64,000 bases of DNA from Thermoplasmatales archaeon (GCA_020343515.1 CP070798.1:5692-69691), one strand, 5' to 3'. Positions 36,148-45,870 are shown, numbered from the stretch's first letter. The notes: generated from the letters alone by a model not told the origin. Numbers and translations: made by a program.

Positions 36148-37506
36148 TTATCGTTGCCAAGGCATCTTCTTATCTAGATATTCTGTCCAAAATGCTCGCA
36201 GGTTATCCTTTAGGAAATCATCGCGTTCTAAAATGGTAAAATCTTTTTGAACAATCTTATCAATGTGTTTCCCTAGGCTTTGGTTTTTAACTTGTTCTTC
36301 CAAAAGATTTTTTATATCTGTATACTCCCTTTTTATCTCCACATACAATCGTTTATCTTTTTCAAAGGGCTTCCGAGTTGTTCGGGGGTTGTCTTTCCAT
36401 CTTTGAATGAACTCCTCCGCGTTTTTTTTCAATTTCACAGGTGGACCCATATGCAGCATTGTCTTAGAAATCGTTCTTTTCCTAGGGAGGAGTAATATGT
36501 ATACAGAGGTATCATTGATATGGAATCTGGAGTCAAGTATTGTAAAATCATACCGCTCACATAGGTCTATTATTGAACGTATCGCCTTACGCACCTGGGG
36601 ATAGAGATTTTCTGGAATGATAGGTGGTTTTTCTATTTTCACCCATATAAACTCTTTTTTTTCAATTTCTTTTTTAATTTTATTGATTGGCCATGGTTTT
36701 ATTTCATAGGGAAAGAAAAACGTTATGCGGGATTTTTTTATGTATTCCTTGCAGGCTTTTACAAAGAGATTAAATTTTTCTTCTGATAATGCCGAAGAAA
36801 CGTTTCTTTGACTATCAACTGGATCAATAAATACAAGTGGTGTATCAAAACGAGGAGATTTTTTTTGATCTAAAAAGAGTTTTTTGCCATATCGCCATTT
36901 TTGGGCGTTGATTATTAAGTTCTGAAACGTAGAATATTTTAAGATTAGAATCTCGCAAAGATACCCAGAAAAACCTTCAACTTCTGCTTCAGCTCCATAG
37001 CATCCTACACCTCTTAAGAATTGCTTCAATAACCTTACCTCTTTTTTTTGCGATTCTAAAAGATGCTCTTTTACATATTTTGTATGAAGGGGCGTCCGAT
37101 CTACTGCTGAAAGTTTTTGTGATGCAGATTCTATTCTGTAACACGGTACAATTTCAGCTTTAAAAACCTTGTATGTTCCCCGTATATAAGGGTGCTCGGC
37201 AAAACACTCTTCCTGATTTTCAAGAATTGATCTACCTATGGAAAGACCTGTTTCTTGCAATTGCTTTCGAGGAACGATTGTTGGAAATAAAACAAATAAA
37301 TCAATATCTACACTGTCTTTGAGATATGTTTCTTTTGCTGTCGAACCAACGAGCTCAATTGATAACTTTAGCTTACTTTTTTCTATTTCTTTGGTAACTT
37401 CCTTTTTAAGTTGTCTTATAACATGTTCTAATTCCTTTCTTTCTCTAGGGGATGAAGTGATTTTTTTCAATACCTCTTTTTCAATATCTTTAGAGCCTTC
37501 TATCAT
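36148..37506 (-). CDS. cca: CCA-adding enzyme (archaeal class I tRNA nucleotidyltransferase)
   Basis: LVGSTAKETYLKDSVDIDLFVLFP is the nucleotidyltransferase G[ST]...D.D motif. DRTPLHTKY is present and the length of about 450 aa fits. Confidence 0.9.
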   Translation of the reverse strand: MIEGSKDIEKEVLKKITSSPRERKELEHVIRQLKKEVTKEIEKSKLKLSIELVGSTAKETYLKDSVDIDLFVLFPTIVPRKQLQETGLSIGRSILENQEECFAEHPYIRGTYKVFKAEIVPCYRIESASQKLSAVDRTPLHTKYVKEHLLESQKKEVRLLKQFLRGVGCYGAEAEVEGFSGYLCEILILKYSTFQNLIINAQKWRYGKKLFLDQKKSPRFDTPLVFIDPVDSQRNVSSALSEEKFNLFVKACKEYIKKSRITFFFPYEIKPWPINKIKKEIEKKEFIWVKIEKPPIIPENLYPQVRKAIRSIIDLCERYDFTILDSRFHINDTSVYILLLPRKRTISKTMLHMGPPVKLKKNAEEFIQRWKDNPRTTRKPFEKDKRLYVEIKREYTDIKNLLEEQVKNQSLGKHIDKIVQKDFTILERDDFLKDNLRAFWTEYLDKKMPWQR

Positions 37507-38294
37507 CTATCCTCCTTTATGAATCGCTTTTGTAGATAGAATACTGAAAACGCTAGTATAACACCGCATATCACATCTGTTAACCAGTGTATAGCTAAAT
37601 AGATAACCGATAAAATCACTGAAATTGTACAGAAATATACAAAGTATGTATATTTTTTGTTTTCTGTAAGATATACTGACTTTGCAATTAGAAGAGCCAT
37701 TGCGACATGAAGCGATGGCAAACAGTTGTTGTATGTAGTTGTTGAGTAGAAAAATTGTTCAACATTGGGGATGGCTGACCCAAGTGCAGATTCAGCTCCA
37801 TGGAATGTATACACGTTTGTTACTGGAAAAAAAAGGTAGAATGGCAAGGCTATAACGTACAGTAAAAGCAGGCCATAAGATAGTGATTTCATCGCCTTTT
37901 TGTCATCAGTGAGCAAAAAGTAGAGTGGTGAGAACCATAATGTGAACGGATACACTACAATATACATTAAAACAAAAAAATAGACAAGAAATGGAATCCA
38001 ATTCTGCGAAAACCAATAGACAAATCCATCTTCAATCATTTGAATATTGCTAGCGAAGTCAACGCCCACTAGGTTTGTAAAATATGAATCGAGTAAATTT
38101 ACCTCAACAAGATGAAAAGCTACAACTCCGATGATAATTACAATGTACTTAAGATGAGAAGAAAAAATCTGGTAGTATTCAGGTAACGTTGTTTTAAAAA
38201 TTTTTTTTGGCATGAATAAAAACAAACCAATAATGAACAGTATGAGATTGACTGATCCTATTGCTAAAAACCAGTTTTCTATCGCATTCACCAC
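37503..38294 (-). CDS. PAP2-superfamily integral membrane protein (PAP2_3/PAP2_C-like)
   Basis: The protein has about 6 TM segments. CLPSLHVAMALL and a later HWLTDV motif resemble the PAP2 C2/C3 motifs. A GTG start lies 3 nt after the thpR stop, and the stop overlaps the cca start (ATGA). Confidence 0.6.
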   Translation of the reverse strand: MVNAIENWFLAIGSVNLILFIIGLFLFMPKKIFKTTLPEYYQIFSSHLKYIVIIIGVVAFHLVEVNLLDSYFTNLVGVDFASNIQMIEDGFVYWFSQNWIPFLVYFFVLMYIVVYPFTLWFSPLYFLLTDDKKAMKSLSYGLLLLYVIALPFYLFFPVTNVYTFHGAESALGSAIPNVEQFFYSTTTYNNCLPSLHVAMALLIAKSVYLTENKKYTYFVYFCTISVILSVIYLAIHWLTDVICGVILAFSVFYLQKRFIKEDR

Positions 38295-38297
38295 CGG

Positions 38298-38852
38298 TTA
38301 TAGTTTTACTTCTTTCAACGTTGTATAGATGGGTCCTTTTGGTGTTAACTCGCTTTTCTTTAGTTTAATAGAGTTTACTTCTTGAATGCTAAACTCGAAG
38401 TTTCTATATTTTTCAATTGTTTTTAATAAAACCTCTTTGTTTTTCGCTGTTTTTACACGCCCCACGGTGAGATGAGCTGAAAAACCTCTTTTTTCTTTTT
38501 TGAAACCTATTTGTGAGAGTTTTTCATTAATGTTACCTGATATTGTTACTATATTCTCTGCATCCTGTATTCCAATCCAAACAACTCTTATATAGTTCTT
38601 ATTTGGAAAAACACCAGTTCCAATCAGTTTTACCGTAAAAGGCTTGACTTCTTCAACTGAGTCCTTCATAATTTGTTCAATTTGATCAATCTTATCATCC
38701 TGTACGTCTCCAAGAAATTTAAGTGTAACATGAATGTTTTGCGGTTCTACAAGTTTTACATCAGCATTTGAGCTAGTAATATCCTTGAGAAACTGCACAA
38801 TAACGGGTTTTGCATCAATATCAACAGCGATAAATCCTCTAAATTTTATCAT
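38298..38852 (-). CDS. thpR: RNA 2',3'-cyclic phosphodiesterase (2H family, LigT/ThpR)
   Basis: Two H-x-T-x motifs (HVTLKFLG and HLTVGRV) have the spacing typical of 2H phosphoesterases, and the length is about 184 aa. Confidence 0.88.
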   Translation of the reverse strand: MIKFRGFIAVDIDAKPVIVQFLKDITSSNADVKLVEPQNIHVTLKFLGDVQDDKIDQIEQIMKDSVEEVKPFTVKLIGTGVFPNKNYIRVVWIGIQDAENIVTISGNINEKLSQIGFKKEKRGFSAHLTVGRVKTAKNKEVLLKTIEKYRNFEFSIQEVNSIKLKKSELTPKGPIYTTLKEVKL

Positions 38853-38911
38853 AATATCTTTCCTTAATCTTTGCTAAATAAATGTTATAGTACTTTAAAA
38901 TTCTATTTACC

Positions 38912-38943
38912 GAAAAACGGATTTTTGTCAGATAATTGCTGAT
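38912..38943 (-). promoter_or_regulatory. third, partial copy of the distal motif of the duplicated promoter block
   Basis: gaaaaacggatttttgtcagataattgctga compares with agaaacggatttttttagataatttactga at 39674-39704 and agaaacggattttttcagata at 35720-35740. It lies upstream of thpR and downstream of the 39007-39609 gene. Confidence 0.4.
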
Positions 38944-39006
38944 TTTCTAAATGTCATATGGTTCTCGTGATGGGTTATTATCTTATTTCAGTATAGTACT
39001 ATTATT

Positions 39007-39609
39007 CTATACCGTTATTTCAACTGTTAGAGGTATTCTTTTATTTTCAATTTCAATTTTTATTTCTCCAGTTGATGGTGGTGTAAATGCAAATAATGAC
39101 TTTCCATTGGCATTAGTATGCGTGCTCATCTCTCCAGAGATGCCAGGTATTGAAATGTTAACTAGAATATGATTTAATCCTATCCCGTTTGCAGCAACCG
39201 TTATCTCAAGTTCAGCTGGTAAGCCAAATGGCATAGAACCTGGTGATGCTGAAACTTTTGGAAACTTAAATATACCACAAATAAAATGTTTTAGAAGAAT
39301 ACCTCTAAACTGATATAATTTCATATTAAAATCCATTTCAGAATTTTTAGAAAGATTCATTACAGGAATTTTTGTCCCATTATAGTTATTGATAGTAATA
39401 CAAAAAACATGCACTGTAGTAAACGAGGTCATATTTCCAGATTGCATTTCTTTTATAATCCCAAATAAAATAACTTTTGAAGTATGAAATTTTACATTTT
39501 GATTTAAAACCTTCTCTACCCTATCAGAATCATCATTCCCTGAAGCAGGCAAAACAATAGTTAAAATAAGTATGATAAAGATAAGAACTACCATTGCCTG
39601 TTTTTTCAT
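39007..39609 (-). CDS. secreted hypothetical protein with a C-terminal Ig-like / carboxypeptidase-regulatory-like domain
   Basis: A signal peptide (MKKQAMVVLIFIILILTIVLPASG) is present. The C-terminal ITVAANG...NANGKSLFAFTPPSTGEIKIEI pattern suggests a beta-sandwich. The gene is preceded by copy 2 of the promoter block. Confidence 0.6.
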   Translation of the reverse strand: MKKQAMVVLIFIILILTIVLPASGNDDSDRVEKVLNQNVKFHTSKVILFGIIKEMQSGNMTSFTTVHVFCITINNYNGTKIPVMNLSKNSEMDFNMKLYQFRGILLKHFICGIFKFPKVSASPGSMPFGLPAELEITVAANGIGLNHILVNISIPGISGEMSTHTNANGKSLFAFTPPSTGEIKIEIENKRIPLTVEITV

Positions 39610-39617
39610 TTTCTATT

Positions 39618-39695
39618 CCTCCCCAGTTATTACATATATCTATAGATGCTTGGGTATATAAATGTTTATTACACAGAAACGGATTTTTTTAGATA
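39618..39695 (-). repeat. copy 2 of the duplicated promoter/5'UTR block
   Basis: 72 consecutive bases are identical to 35662-35733. The layout relative to the downstream ATG (39609) is the same as in copy 1. Confidence 0.85.
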
Positions 39696-39706
39696 ATTTA
39701 CTGAAA

Positions 39707-40030
39707 TCATAAATATAAAACGATAATGAAAAATATAAAGATAAGCCCATCTGCTGACTTCTTAGATTCAAATGCATTACTCGCATTTGCAGTTATTGAA
39801 ATGTCGATAACACTTCTTCCAAATGGTAAAAATCTTAGTTTTTTTTCATCACCTATTTGAAGCGGTAAAGAGGAAGACCCTTTTTTTGTTAAATTAAGAA
39901 ATCCAGAACCATACCCAACAATATTGATAGTCCAGTTTAAATCATATGCAGGTTCGATGCCAACGTTTTTAATACTGATTTTTACACCTTTCATCCTTCC
40001 ATCCTTACTATTTTTAATCCACTGCCTCAA
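39707..40030 (-). CDS. orphan CARDB-like surface domain with a C-terminal TM tail; possible remnant of a larger surface-protein gene
   Basis: The 107-aa ORF aligns by eye with the C-terminal roughly 95 aa of the 6359-8182 peptidase (G.xIxIxNxGxxxAxxL/V, PxGxxxxIxIxA, hydrophobic tail). It has no signal peptide, and only 92 nt separate it from the upstream gene. Confidence 0.4.
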   Translation of the reverse strand: MRQWIKNSKDGRMKGVKISIKNVGIEPAYDLNWTINIVGYGSGFLNLTKKGSSSLPLQIGDEKKLRFLPFGRSVIDISITANASNAFESKKSADGLIFIFFIIVLYL

Positions 40031-40122
40031 TAAATCTTTTACCCTTGTTTCCCCCCCAAATTATTAACCAAGTAAAATATGATAAATAAATATTAATAGC
40101 AACTCCATTACAAAATTATGAA

Positions 40123-40959
40123 TTACTCTTCCAAACTAATGCCATATGTTTTCTGAGGATTTTTAACGTGAATCTCATAGGCCTGCACTTCGGTCATGAC
40201 TCCATCATCTAGAAGTTTTTTCGTCAATCTTGGAACAGTTTTTGGTCCAAGCACAGCACCCGGCCCCCTTGGATCGTCGATGTAATCTGTCTCCATCATA
40301 AAACGCGTTCCTTTTTTTAATGACTCAACAATATTTTTTTTACTCGCAAGAACAGAAGGCATAAGACCAAAGTTCTCATCTCTTTTTATCAAAGCCGGAG
40401 CAAAATGTTTCACAATTTTATCAGAAGAAAGACCAACCTTTCTTCCCATCTCCACCAGCTCTTTACATTGTTCAGGTGTTGTACTCTCAGTATGCAACAC
40501 CACAGGAACATCTACCTCAACTGCTTTTTGCATCCCATAACGTAAAATCTCATTAGAATCTTCAATAGTTACTTCATCAACAGGGAAATGGGGTCGTCCT
40601 ATTTCGCCGATACCAATGCATGTTCCCTCTTTGCATAGATCCGCAGCCTCATCCATGCCTTTTTTCATAAGCTCAATAGCTTTGGCTCTTCCAAGTTTTT
40701 CTTTTAACTTTAGATAATCAGCTGGATATGGACCAACTGTGACGAAAACACTGACATTGGTTTCACCACGAATTTCCTTTGCCATCTTCAACGTTTCCAT
40801 ATAGCATACGTTATAGCTATTCGTCCTGATAACTAATTCTGGCATCGGATATTGGCACAAGACAAAATGCGTGCCACCTGCTTTTTTAAAATCCTTTACA
40901 GCTTCTAGAAACCTACCATCTTTTCTCAAATGGATATGGTTATCAAACGCTACTGCCAA
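40123..40959 (-). CDS. TatD-related metal-dependent hydrolase (TIM-barrel amidohydrolase fold)
   Basis: The N-terminal FDNHIHL motif is present, with later HTES and ETD motifs. The start is an apparent TTG. Confidence 0.7.
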   Translation of the reverse strand: MAVAFDNHIHLRKDGRFLEAVKDFKKAGGTHFVLCQYPMPELVIRTNSYNVCYMETLKMAKEIRGETNVSVFVTVGPYPADYLKLKEKLGRAKAIELMKKGMDEAADLCKEGTCIGIGEIGRPHFPVDEVTIEDSNEILRYGMQKAVEVDVPVVLHTESTTPEQCKELVEMGRKVGLSSDKIVKHFAPALIKRDENFGLMPSVLASKKNIVESLKKGTRFMMETDYIDDPRGPGAVLGPKTVPRLTKKLLDDGVMTEVQAYEIHVKNPQKTYGISLEE

Positions 40960-41005
40960 CTATCATTCCTCATAGCACTTGCTACATAATAAACAAACAT
41001 GGTTA

Positions 41006-41350
41006 TTAAAAATCGTCTTGTTTAAGTTCTTCCCCACTCACCATCTTCATAACGCTACGAGCAAACATCCATCCAAAATATCCCATAAAAAATGTAAAGA
41101 AACCAGTAACACTATACACAACGATGTTTGTTAATGATTCGTTTCCACCCTGTACTAGCAAGAGGAAAATGCTAACAGCAATGTAGATAAAAATAAGGAG
41201 GAAAATCCACCGTAACGCATGTATCGTAACTCGTATCGTTGTAAAGGGTATCTCTTCAAAGTCAATTTTTTTATTATTCGGTTTTTTTGATCGAACATGT
41301 TTACGAATATTTCTTGATAGAGTAGTCTTGCGAAGTTTTCTTTTTAACAC
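41006..41350 (-). CDS. small membrane protein with a highly basic N-terminus
   Basis: Two TM segments are present. A GTG start is preceded by GGAGG 6 nt upstream. I recognised no family. Confidence 0.5.
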   Translation of the reverse strand: MLKRKLRKTTLSRNIRKHVRSKKPNNKKIDFEEIPFTTIRVTIHALRWIFLLIFIYIAVSIFLLLVQGGNESLTNIVVYSVTGFFTFFMGYFGWMFARSVMKMVSGEELKQDDF

Positions 41351-41504
41351 TTTTTTCCTCCTATTAAAAGTGTTTGAGTGGTCCCAGAAATGTAATGGAC
41401 GGTTGCTTATAAAAACTTAATTTGTAGATGAATATGCAGATGGTAGGCAGATTGTTATTCAATTACTGTGCAGCTCTTTATGCAGGCTATCAAGAAATTG
41501 ATTA

Positions 41505-42698
41505 TTAGGCATCTGCTATTATACTGATAACATCCCCATCTTTAAGTTCATGATCTGAGCCTATGACACGATGGGTTCGTGCATCGATGGCTCGTATAAA
41601 ATGATTCCCAAGATCGGTATGAACCTTGTACGCCAAATCTTTTGCAGTAGAACCTCGAGGAATCAAATGCGCATCGGGTAGTACCCTACCGTCTTTGTCG
41701 GTAAGATGATTGTCGTCTTCAACAGGATAAACAACTATCAGTTCAAGCATTTTAACTGCTTCTTCAATACACCTTTGAACACCAGTAGAACCATATTTTG
41801 TTAATACCTGGCTATTAATATAATCTAATGCCTTCAGTTGTTTTTCTAGAATTTCTTCTTTTTTTACTATATTGAAATCTTTGCTACCTGGAGTGTACTC
41901 AATTAATCCTTTTTTTCCAGCATTGTTTAAAGCAAGCTCACTTTCGGCACTTGTCGGGACTACAATGTACTCTTTCAATCCATCCATTTTAGCCATCAAA
42001 TTATCTGGCGCCTTATCGCATTTATTAAAAGCGATAATCATGGGTTTGCTGATGGTTCTTACATAATCTGAAAGTTTCAAGATATCATCATCTGTCCAAG
42101 TAGACGGTTTAGAACGATCTATATCCACCTTTCTAATTGCACTTATAATATGTTCCTCTTTTATGCCCAAGCCAGTTAGTTTTTCTGCAAGCATTCTCTC
42201 TATTTTCTTATCTTCCAATTCACATTGTTTTGCAATTTTTTCCCAACTCTTTTTAATAATTCCAAAAAGCCAATAAACGATTTCTTTTTCTAAAAATTCA
42301 ACATCCTTTAAAGGATCGTAAGTACCAATTTCACATAGATTGCCCTCTTCATCTGTACCACCAGACGCGTCTACAATATGAATTAAAGCGTGAGCCTGCC
42401 GTAAATCATCGAGAAACTTGTTTCCCAAGCCTTTTCCCTTATGGGCATCAGGGACAAGTCCAGCTACATCTATTGCCTCAATTGGAACAAATCGCGTTCC
42501 ATTTTTACATTCTGAATTGTTTGGCGTGCATGTCACATTGAAATCCTTACAGGGACAAGGTTTTCTAATATACATTACCCCGCGATTAGCATCTATAGTA
42601 GTAAAAGGATAACTTGCAATCTCTGCATGAGCCTCTGTAGCAGCATTAAGAAATGTTGATTTCCCAACATTGGGTTTTCCAACTATGCCGAGTTGCAT
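41505..42698 (-). CDS. ychF: YchF/OLA1-like translation-associated GTPase/ATPase with a C-terminal TGS domain
   Basis: GIVGKPNVGKSTFLNAAT is the G1 motif, followed by YPFTTIDANRG. DVAGLV is G3 and NKCD is G4. The C-terminal LKDGDVISI region is TGS-like. Confidence 0.85.
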   Translation of the reverse strand: MQLGIVGKPNVGKSTFLNAATEAHAEIASYPFTTIDANRGVMYIRKPCPCKDFNVTCTPNNSECKNGTRFVPIEAIDVAGLVPDAHKGKGLGNKFLDDLRQAHALIHIVDASGGTDEEGNLCEIGTYDPLKDVEFLEKEIVYWLFGIIKKSWEKIAKQCELEDKKIERMLAEKLTGLGIKEEHIISAIRKVDIDRSKPSTWTDDDILKLSDYVRTISKPMIIAFNKCDKAPDNLMAKMDGLKEYIVVPTSAESELALNNAGKKGLIEYTPGSKDFNIVKKEEILEKQLKALDYINSQVLTKYGSTGVQRCIEEAVKMLELIVVYPVEDDNHLTDKDGRVLPDAHLIPRGSTAKDLAYKVHTDLGNHFIRAIDARTHRVIGSDHELKDGDVISIIADA

Positions 42699-42704
42699 TT
42701 TTCA

Positions 42705-43628
42705 CTACTCCAATATTTCCTTCAGTTCATCCACAATATCTACATCGCTTTCAAAACGTTTAACTTTATCTGTTGCATTTTTTTCAGAGGAATCAATAAA
42801 TGATATACCATTCTTAGCTAAAAGAGTACCTTGAACGGATGCAGTTTTTGATAGGAAAATTTTATCTCCTGACACGTTGCCAACAACATAGGTTTGCCCC
42901 CCGATGTTGACATCGCCATTTGCAACAACATTCCCTTGTATTTTTACCTTTTCTCCACAAACAATGCCTCCTTTCGAATTCAAAGTACCATAAACATTGG
43001 ATCTGTCGTCCACATAAATGTTGCCTTTGGTATCGTAATTCCCCAATACCTTACACTCTTTACCCACGCTAAGGTTGCAGTCTATCTGTGATTTTGACAC
43101 CCCAATGATTGAATTATTTGGAATAAAAAAAAACGTTTCTGAAATGGGTATTGTTTCCCCATCGTTTTGTTCAAGTTCTTCAAGTATTCGCTCAATTTCT
43201 TCACTATGACCCACCTTTAACAGCTGAAGTAGATATATAAAAATATATATAACAACAGGAATTGGACTTCGGATATTTATCCAACCTTTCGCTTCAAATC
43301 CGTTTTCTATTTTAACACTGTCTCCAACATCAAGATCTCCCCTCAAAGAGAGCTTTCCTTTCACCTTAACCTTCTCTCCAAGATATACATTTCCTCCGCT
43401 TTGTATGTCGCCACTTATCTCTGAAAAGATATCCACCCGGACATCATTCGTAGCATGTAGATCCCCACCAGCCATTACATGTTCTCCGACAAATATTCTA
43501 CCATTAGTTTTGACGCCAAATTGAAGCAGGCACCTATCTCCAATTACAACATCTCCATTTGTAGAAATAACGCGCTCCTCAAAACAAGTTTTATCTGGAA
43601 TTATAAGTGTTTTTCTATCGAAAGTCAT
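42705..43628 (-). CDS. two-lobed bactofilin-like (polymer-forming, beta-helical repeat) protein with a central hydrophobic segment
   Basis: Repetitive G-D/N-V/I-x-V/I-G turns fill both halves, for example GDVVIGDRCLL, GDLDVGDSVKI, GNVVANGDVNIGGQTYVVGNVSGD. The halves are separated by IPVVIYIFIYLLQLL and an acidic helix. Confidence 0.6.
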   Translation of the reverse strand: MTFDRKTLIIPDKTCFEERVISTNGDVVIGDRCLLQFGVKTNGRIFVGEHVMAGGDLHATNDVRVDIFSEISGDIQSGGNVYLGEKVKVKGKLSLRGDLDVGDSVKIENGFEAKGWINIRSPIPVVIYIFIYLLQLLKVGHSEEIERILEELEQNDGETIPISETFFFIPNNSIIGVSKSQIDCNLSVGKECKVLGNYDTKGNIYVDDRSNVYGTLNSKGGIVCGEKVKIQGNVVANGDVNIGGQTYVVGNVSGDKIFLSKTASVQGTLLAKNGISFIDSSEKNATDKVKRFESDVDIVDELKEILE

Positions 43629-43788
43629 TGCTAAAGCGGTATCACATATTGCATTATAAAGCCAGCGGCTTAGACCTCAAGGAAAACTTGATATACGGAT
43701 GTAATATGTCCCTTTAAATCAACAGTGTCTTTCAATCTGCAATTTGATTAAAATATATATAGGCCAATCATATAAGGAATTTTTGTAA

Positions 43789-45840
43789 ATGGTGACAAAA
43801 TTGGCTGAGGAACAAAAAAAACCAAAAGAACAAAAAGAACTGCCTTCTATAAAAGAGTGGATAAAAAAAACAAAATTCAACACAACAGAGGAAATCAAAG
43901 TTCCGGAAAGTCTCTTGGATCAAGTAATAGGACAGAATAAAACAGTTGACATTGTTAAAAAAGCTGCAGAACAAAAACGTCACGTAATGCTCATCGGTGA
44001 CCCAGGTACCGGTAAATCAATGGTAGCAAGAGCAATGACAGAGTTTTTACCTAAAGAAGAATTGGAGGATATCATTGCTTATCCCAATAGCGAGGACACA
44101 AATACTCCACATATAAGGGTTGTTCCTGGGGGAAAGGCACATGAAATAGTAAAAACTCAGAGAGTCGAGGCAAAAAAGAAGGCAGAACAACAAAATAGTC
44201 TCATTCTTACGGTTGTCCTCATGATTGTGGTTTTATCGTTATTTGGCGCTATTATCACAGATCACTTTGAATATGCCATTATTGGTATAATTGCAGCTGT
44301 TATGATCTATCTTATTGTAGCAAGAGGAGGTTTGACTCAAAGAAGAGAGCTGCAGCAGGTTCCTAAGATATTGGTTTCTCATGAGAAGGATGAAGGGCCC
44401 CCATTTGTAGATGCAACAGCTGCGCATTCCGGCGCTTTACTTGGAGATGTCAGACATGATCCTTTTCAATCAGCTGGATTAGAGACCCCTCCACACCAAC
44501 TCGTTGAAGCAGGCGCTATACATAGGGCACATAGAGGGGTTTTATACATCGATGAAATCAACACACTTAACCTACCTTCCCAGCAACATCTACTGACTGC
44601 AATACAGGAAAAAAAATTTCAAATTACAGGTCAATCAGAAAGAAGTTTTGGAGCAATGGTAAAAACGGAACCTGCATCATGTGACTTTATCTTGGTTTCT
44701 GCAGGAAATTTGGATGCACTGAAGGGAATGCATCCTGCTCTTCGCTCTAGAATTAGAGGTTATGGTTATGAAATCTACCTGAACAGCACTATGGATGACA
44801 CAGATGACAACAGAAACAAACTTATTCGTTTTGTTGCTCAAGAGGTAAAAAAGGATGGAAAAATCTCTCATTTTAACAAAGAGGCTGTTGGAGAAATAAT
44901 CCATGAGGCACAAAGAAGAGCAGGTAGAAAAGGAAAACTTTCCCTAAGGTTAAGAGAACTAGGTGGGCTTGTGAGAGTTGCTGGTGATATTGCCTTTGAC
45001 AGGGAAGATAAAATTGTAACCCAGAAGCATGTTATAGAAGCGAAAAAAGCAGCTAGATCACTTGAACAACAGGTAGCAGATAGAGCCTTGGATTCACAGA
45101 AGATATATCGTTCATTTAGAACCAATGGAATAGAAGTTGGAGCGGTTAATGGCCTTGCCGTACATTCTGCTGATCCCTCTATGAGCGAGTTTTCTGGATT
45201 GGTGCTTCCAATAGTGGCTGAAGTTACTCCTGCTGGATCACAGGCCGAAGGTAAGGTTATCGCAACTGGTAAACTTGGAGAAATAGCGAAGGAATCAGTC
45301 CAAAATATCTCTGCTATCATAAAAAAATATATAGGAAAGGACATCTCAAAATATGACATACATATTCAATTCATTGGTACCTATGAAGGAGTTGAAGGAG
45401 ATTCTGCCAGCTTGTCTTTGATAACAGCTGTCATTTCTGTTATGGAAAGTGTGTATGTTAGGCAGGATGTAGCCATGACAGGCTCCATCAGCATTAGAGG
45501 GACAGTGCTGCCTGTTGGTGGCGTTACTGCAAAAATTGAAGCAGCTGCTGATGCAGGAATCAATAAGGTGTTAATTCCTAAGGCAAATCTTAATGATGTA
45601 TTAATTGAAGACAAATACAAAGGAAAGATAAAAATAGTCCCTGTAGAAACGTTGTCAGATGTTTTAGAAAACGCTCTTACTGGTGAAGGAAAAGAAGATT
45701 TGCTGAAAAAGCTAAAAATCATGAGACCTCCTAAAATAATGGGAAAAGTAGAGCTAGAATCCGAGAAAAAGAAAGTGTCTCATTTAAGCTCTGAAGAAAG
45801 GGAAAAACAATTAACCCGTCAAGAACAAAAGGAAAAGTAA
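43789..45840 (+). CDS. lonB: archaeal membrane-bound Lon protease
   Basis: GDPGTGKS is the Walker A motif. Two TM helices are inserted in the AAA+ module and LYIDEI is the Walker B motif. The protease domain carries EGDSASLS (catalytic Ser) and a downstream Lys. Confidence 0.92.
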   Translation: MVTKLAEEQKKPKEQKELPSIKEWIKKTKFNTTEEIKVPESLLDQVIGQNKTVDIVKKAAEQKRHVMLIGDPGTGKSMVARAMTEFLPKEELEDIIAYPNSEDTNTPHIRVVPGGKAHEIVKTQRVEAKKKAEQQNSLILTVVLMIVVLSLFGAIITDHFEYAIIGIIAAVMIYLIVARGGLTQRRELQQVPKILVSHEKDEGPPFVDATAAHSGALLGDVRHDPFQSAGLETPPHQLVEAGAIHRAHRGVLYIDEINTLNLPSQQHLLTAIQEKKFQITGQSERSFGAMVKTEPASCDFILVSAGNLDALKGMHPALRSRIRGYGYEIYLNSTMDDTDDNRNKLIRFVAQEVKKDGKISHFNKEAVGEIIHEAQRRAGRKGKLSLRLRELGGLVRVAGDIAFDREDKIVTQKHVIEAKKAARSLEQQVADRALDSQKIYRSFRTNGIEVGAVNGLAVHSADPSMSEFSGLVLPIVAEVTPAGSQAEGKVIATGKLGEIAKESVQNISAIIKKYIGKDISKYDIHIQFIGTYEGVEGDSASLSLITAVISVMESVYVRQDVAMTGSISIRGTVLPVGGVTAKIEAAADAGINKVLIPKANLNDVLIEDKYKGKIKIVPVETLSDVLENALTGEGKEDLLKKLKIMRPPKIMGKVELESEKKKVSHLSSEEREKQLTRQEQKEK

Positions 45841-45870
45841 TAATTATTGTTCATTATTCTTTGTTGAGGT

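Noticed and set aside
38951-39172. 73-aa plus-strand ORF overlapping the 3' end of the 39007-39609 gene.
   Set aside because: It is antisense to a gene that has a signal peptide, its own promoter and a ribosome-binding site. No supporting signals are present.
35662-39695. I considered whether the 72-bp duplicated block is a MITE-like or other mobile element, or the ends of an inserted island carrying cca.
   Set aside because: I see no terminal inverted repeats, target-site duplications or transposase/integrase genes. Both copies sit in exactly the same register relative to a downstream start codon (TATA box, ribosome-binding site, ATG). The enclosed genes (cca, thpR) are core housekeeping. 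A duplicated promoter is the simpler reading.
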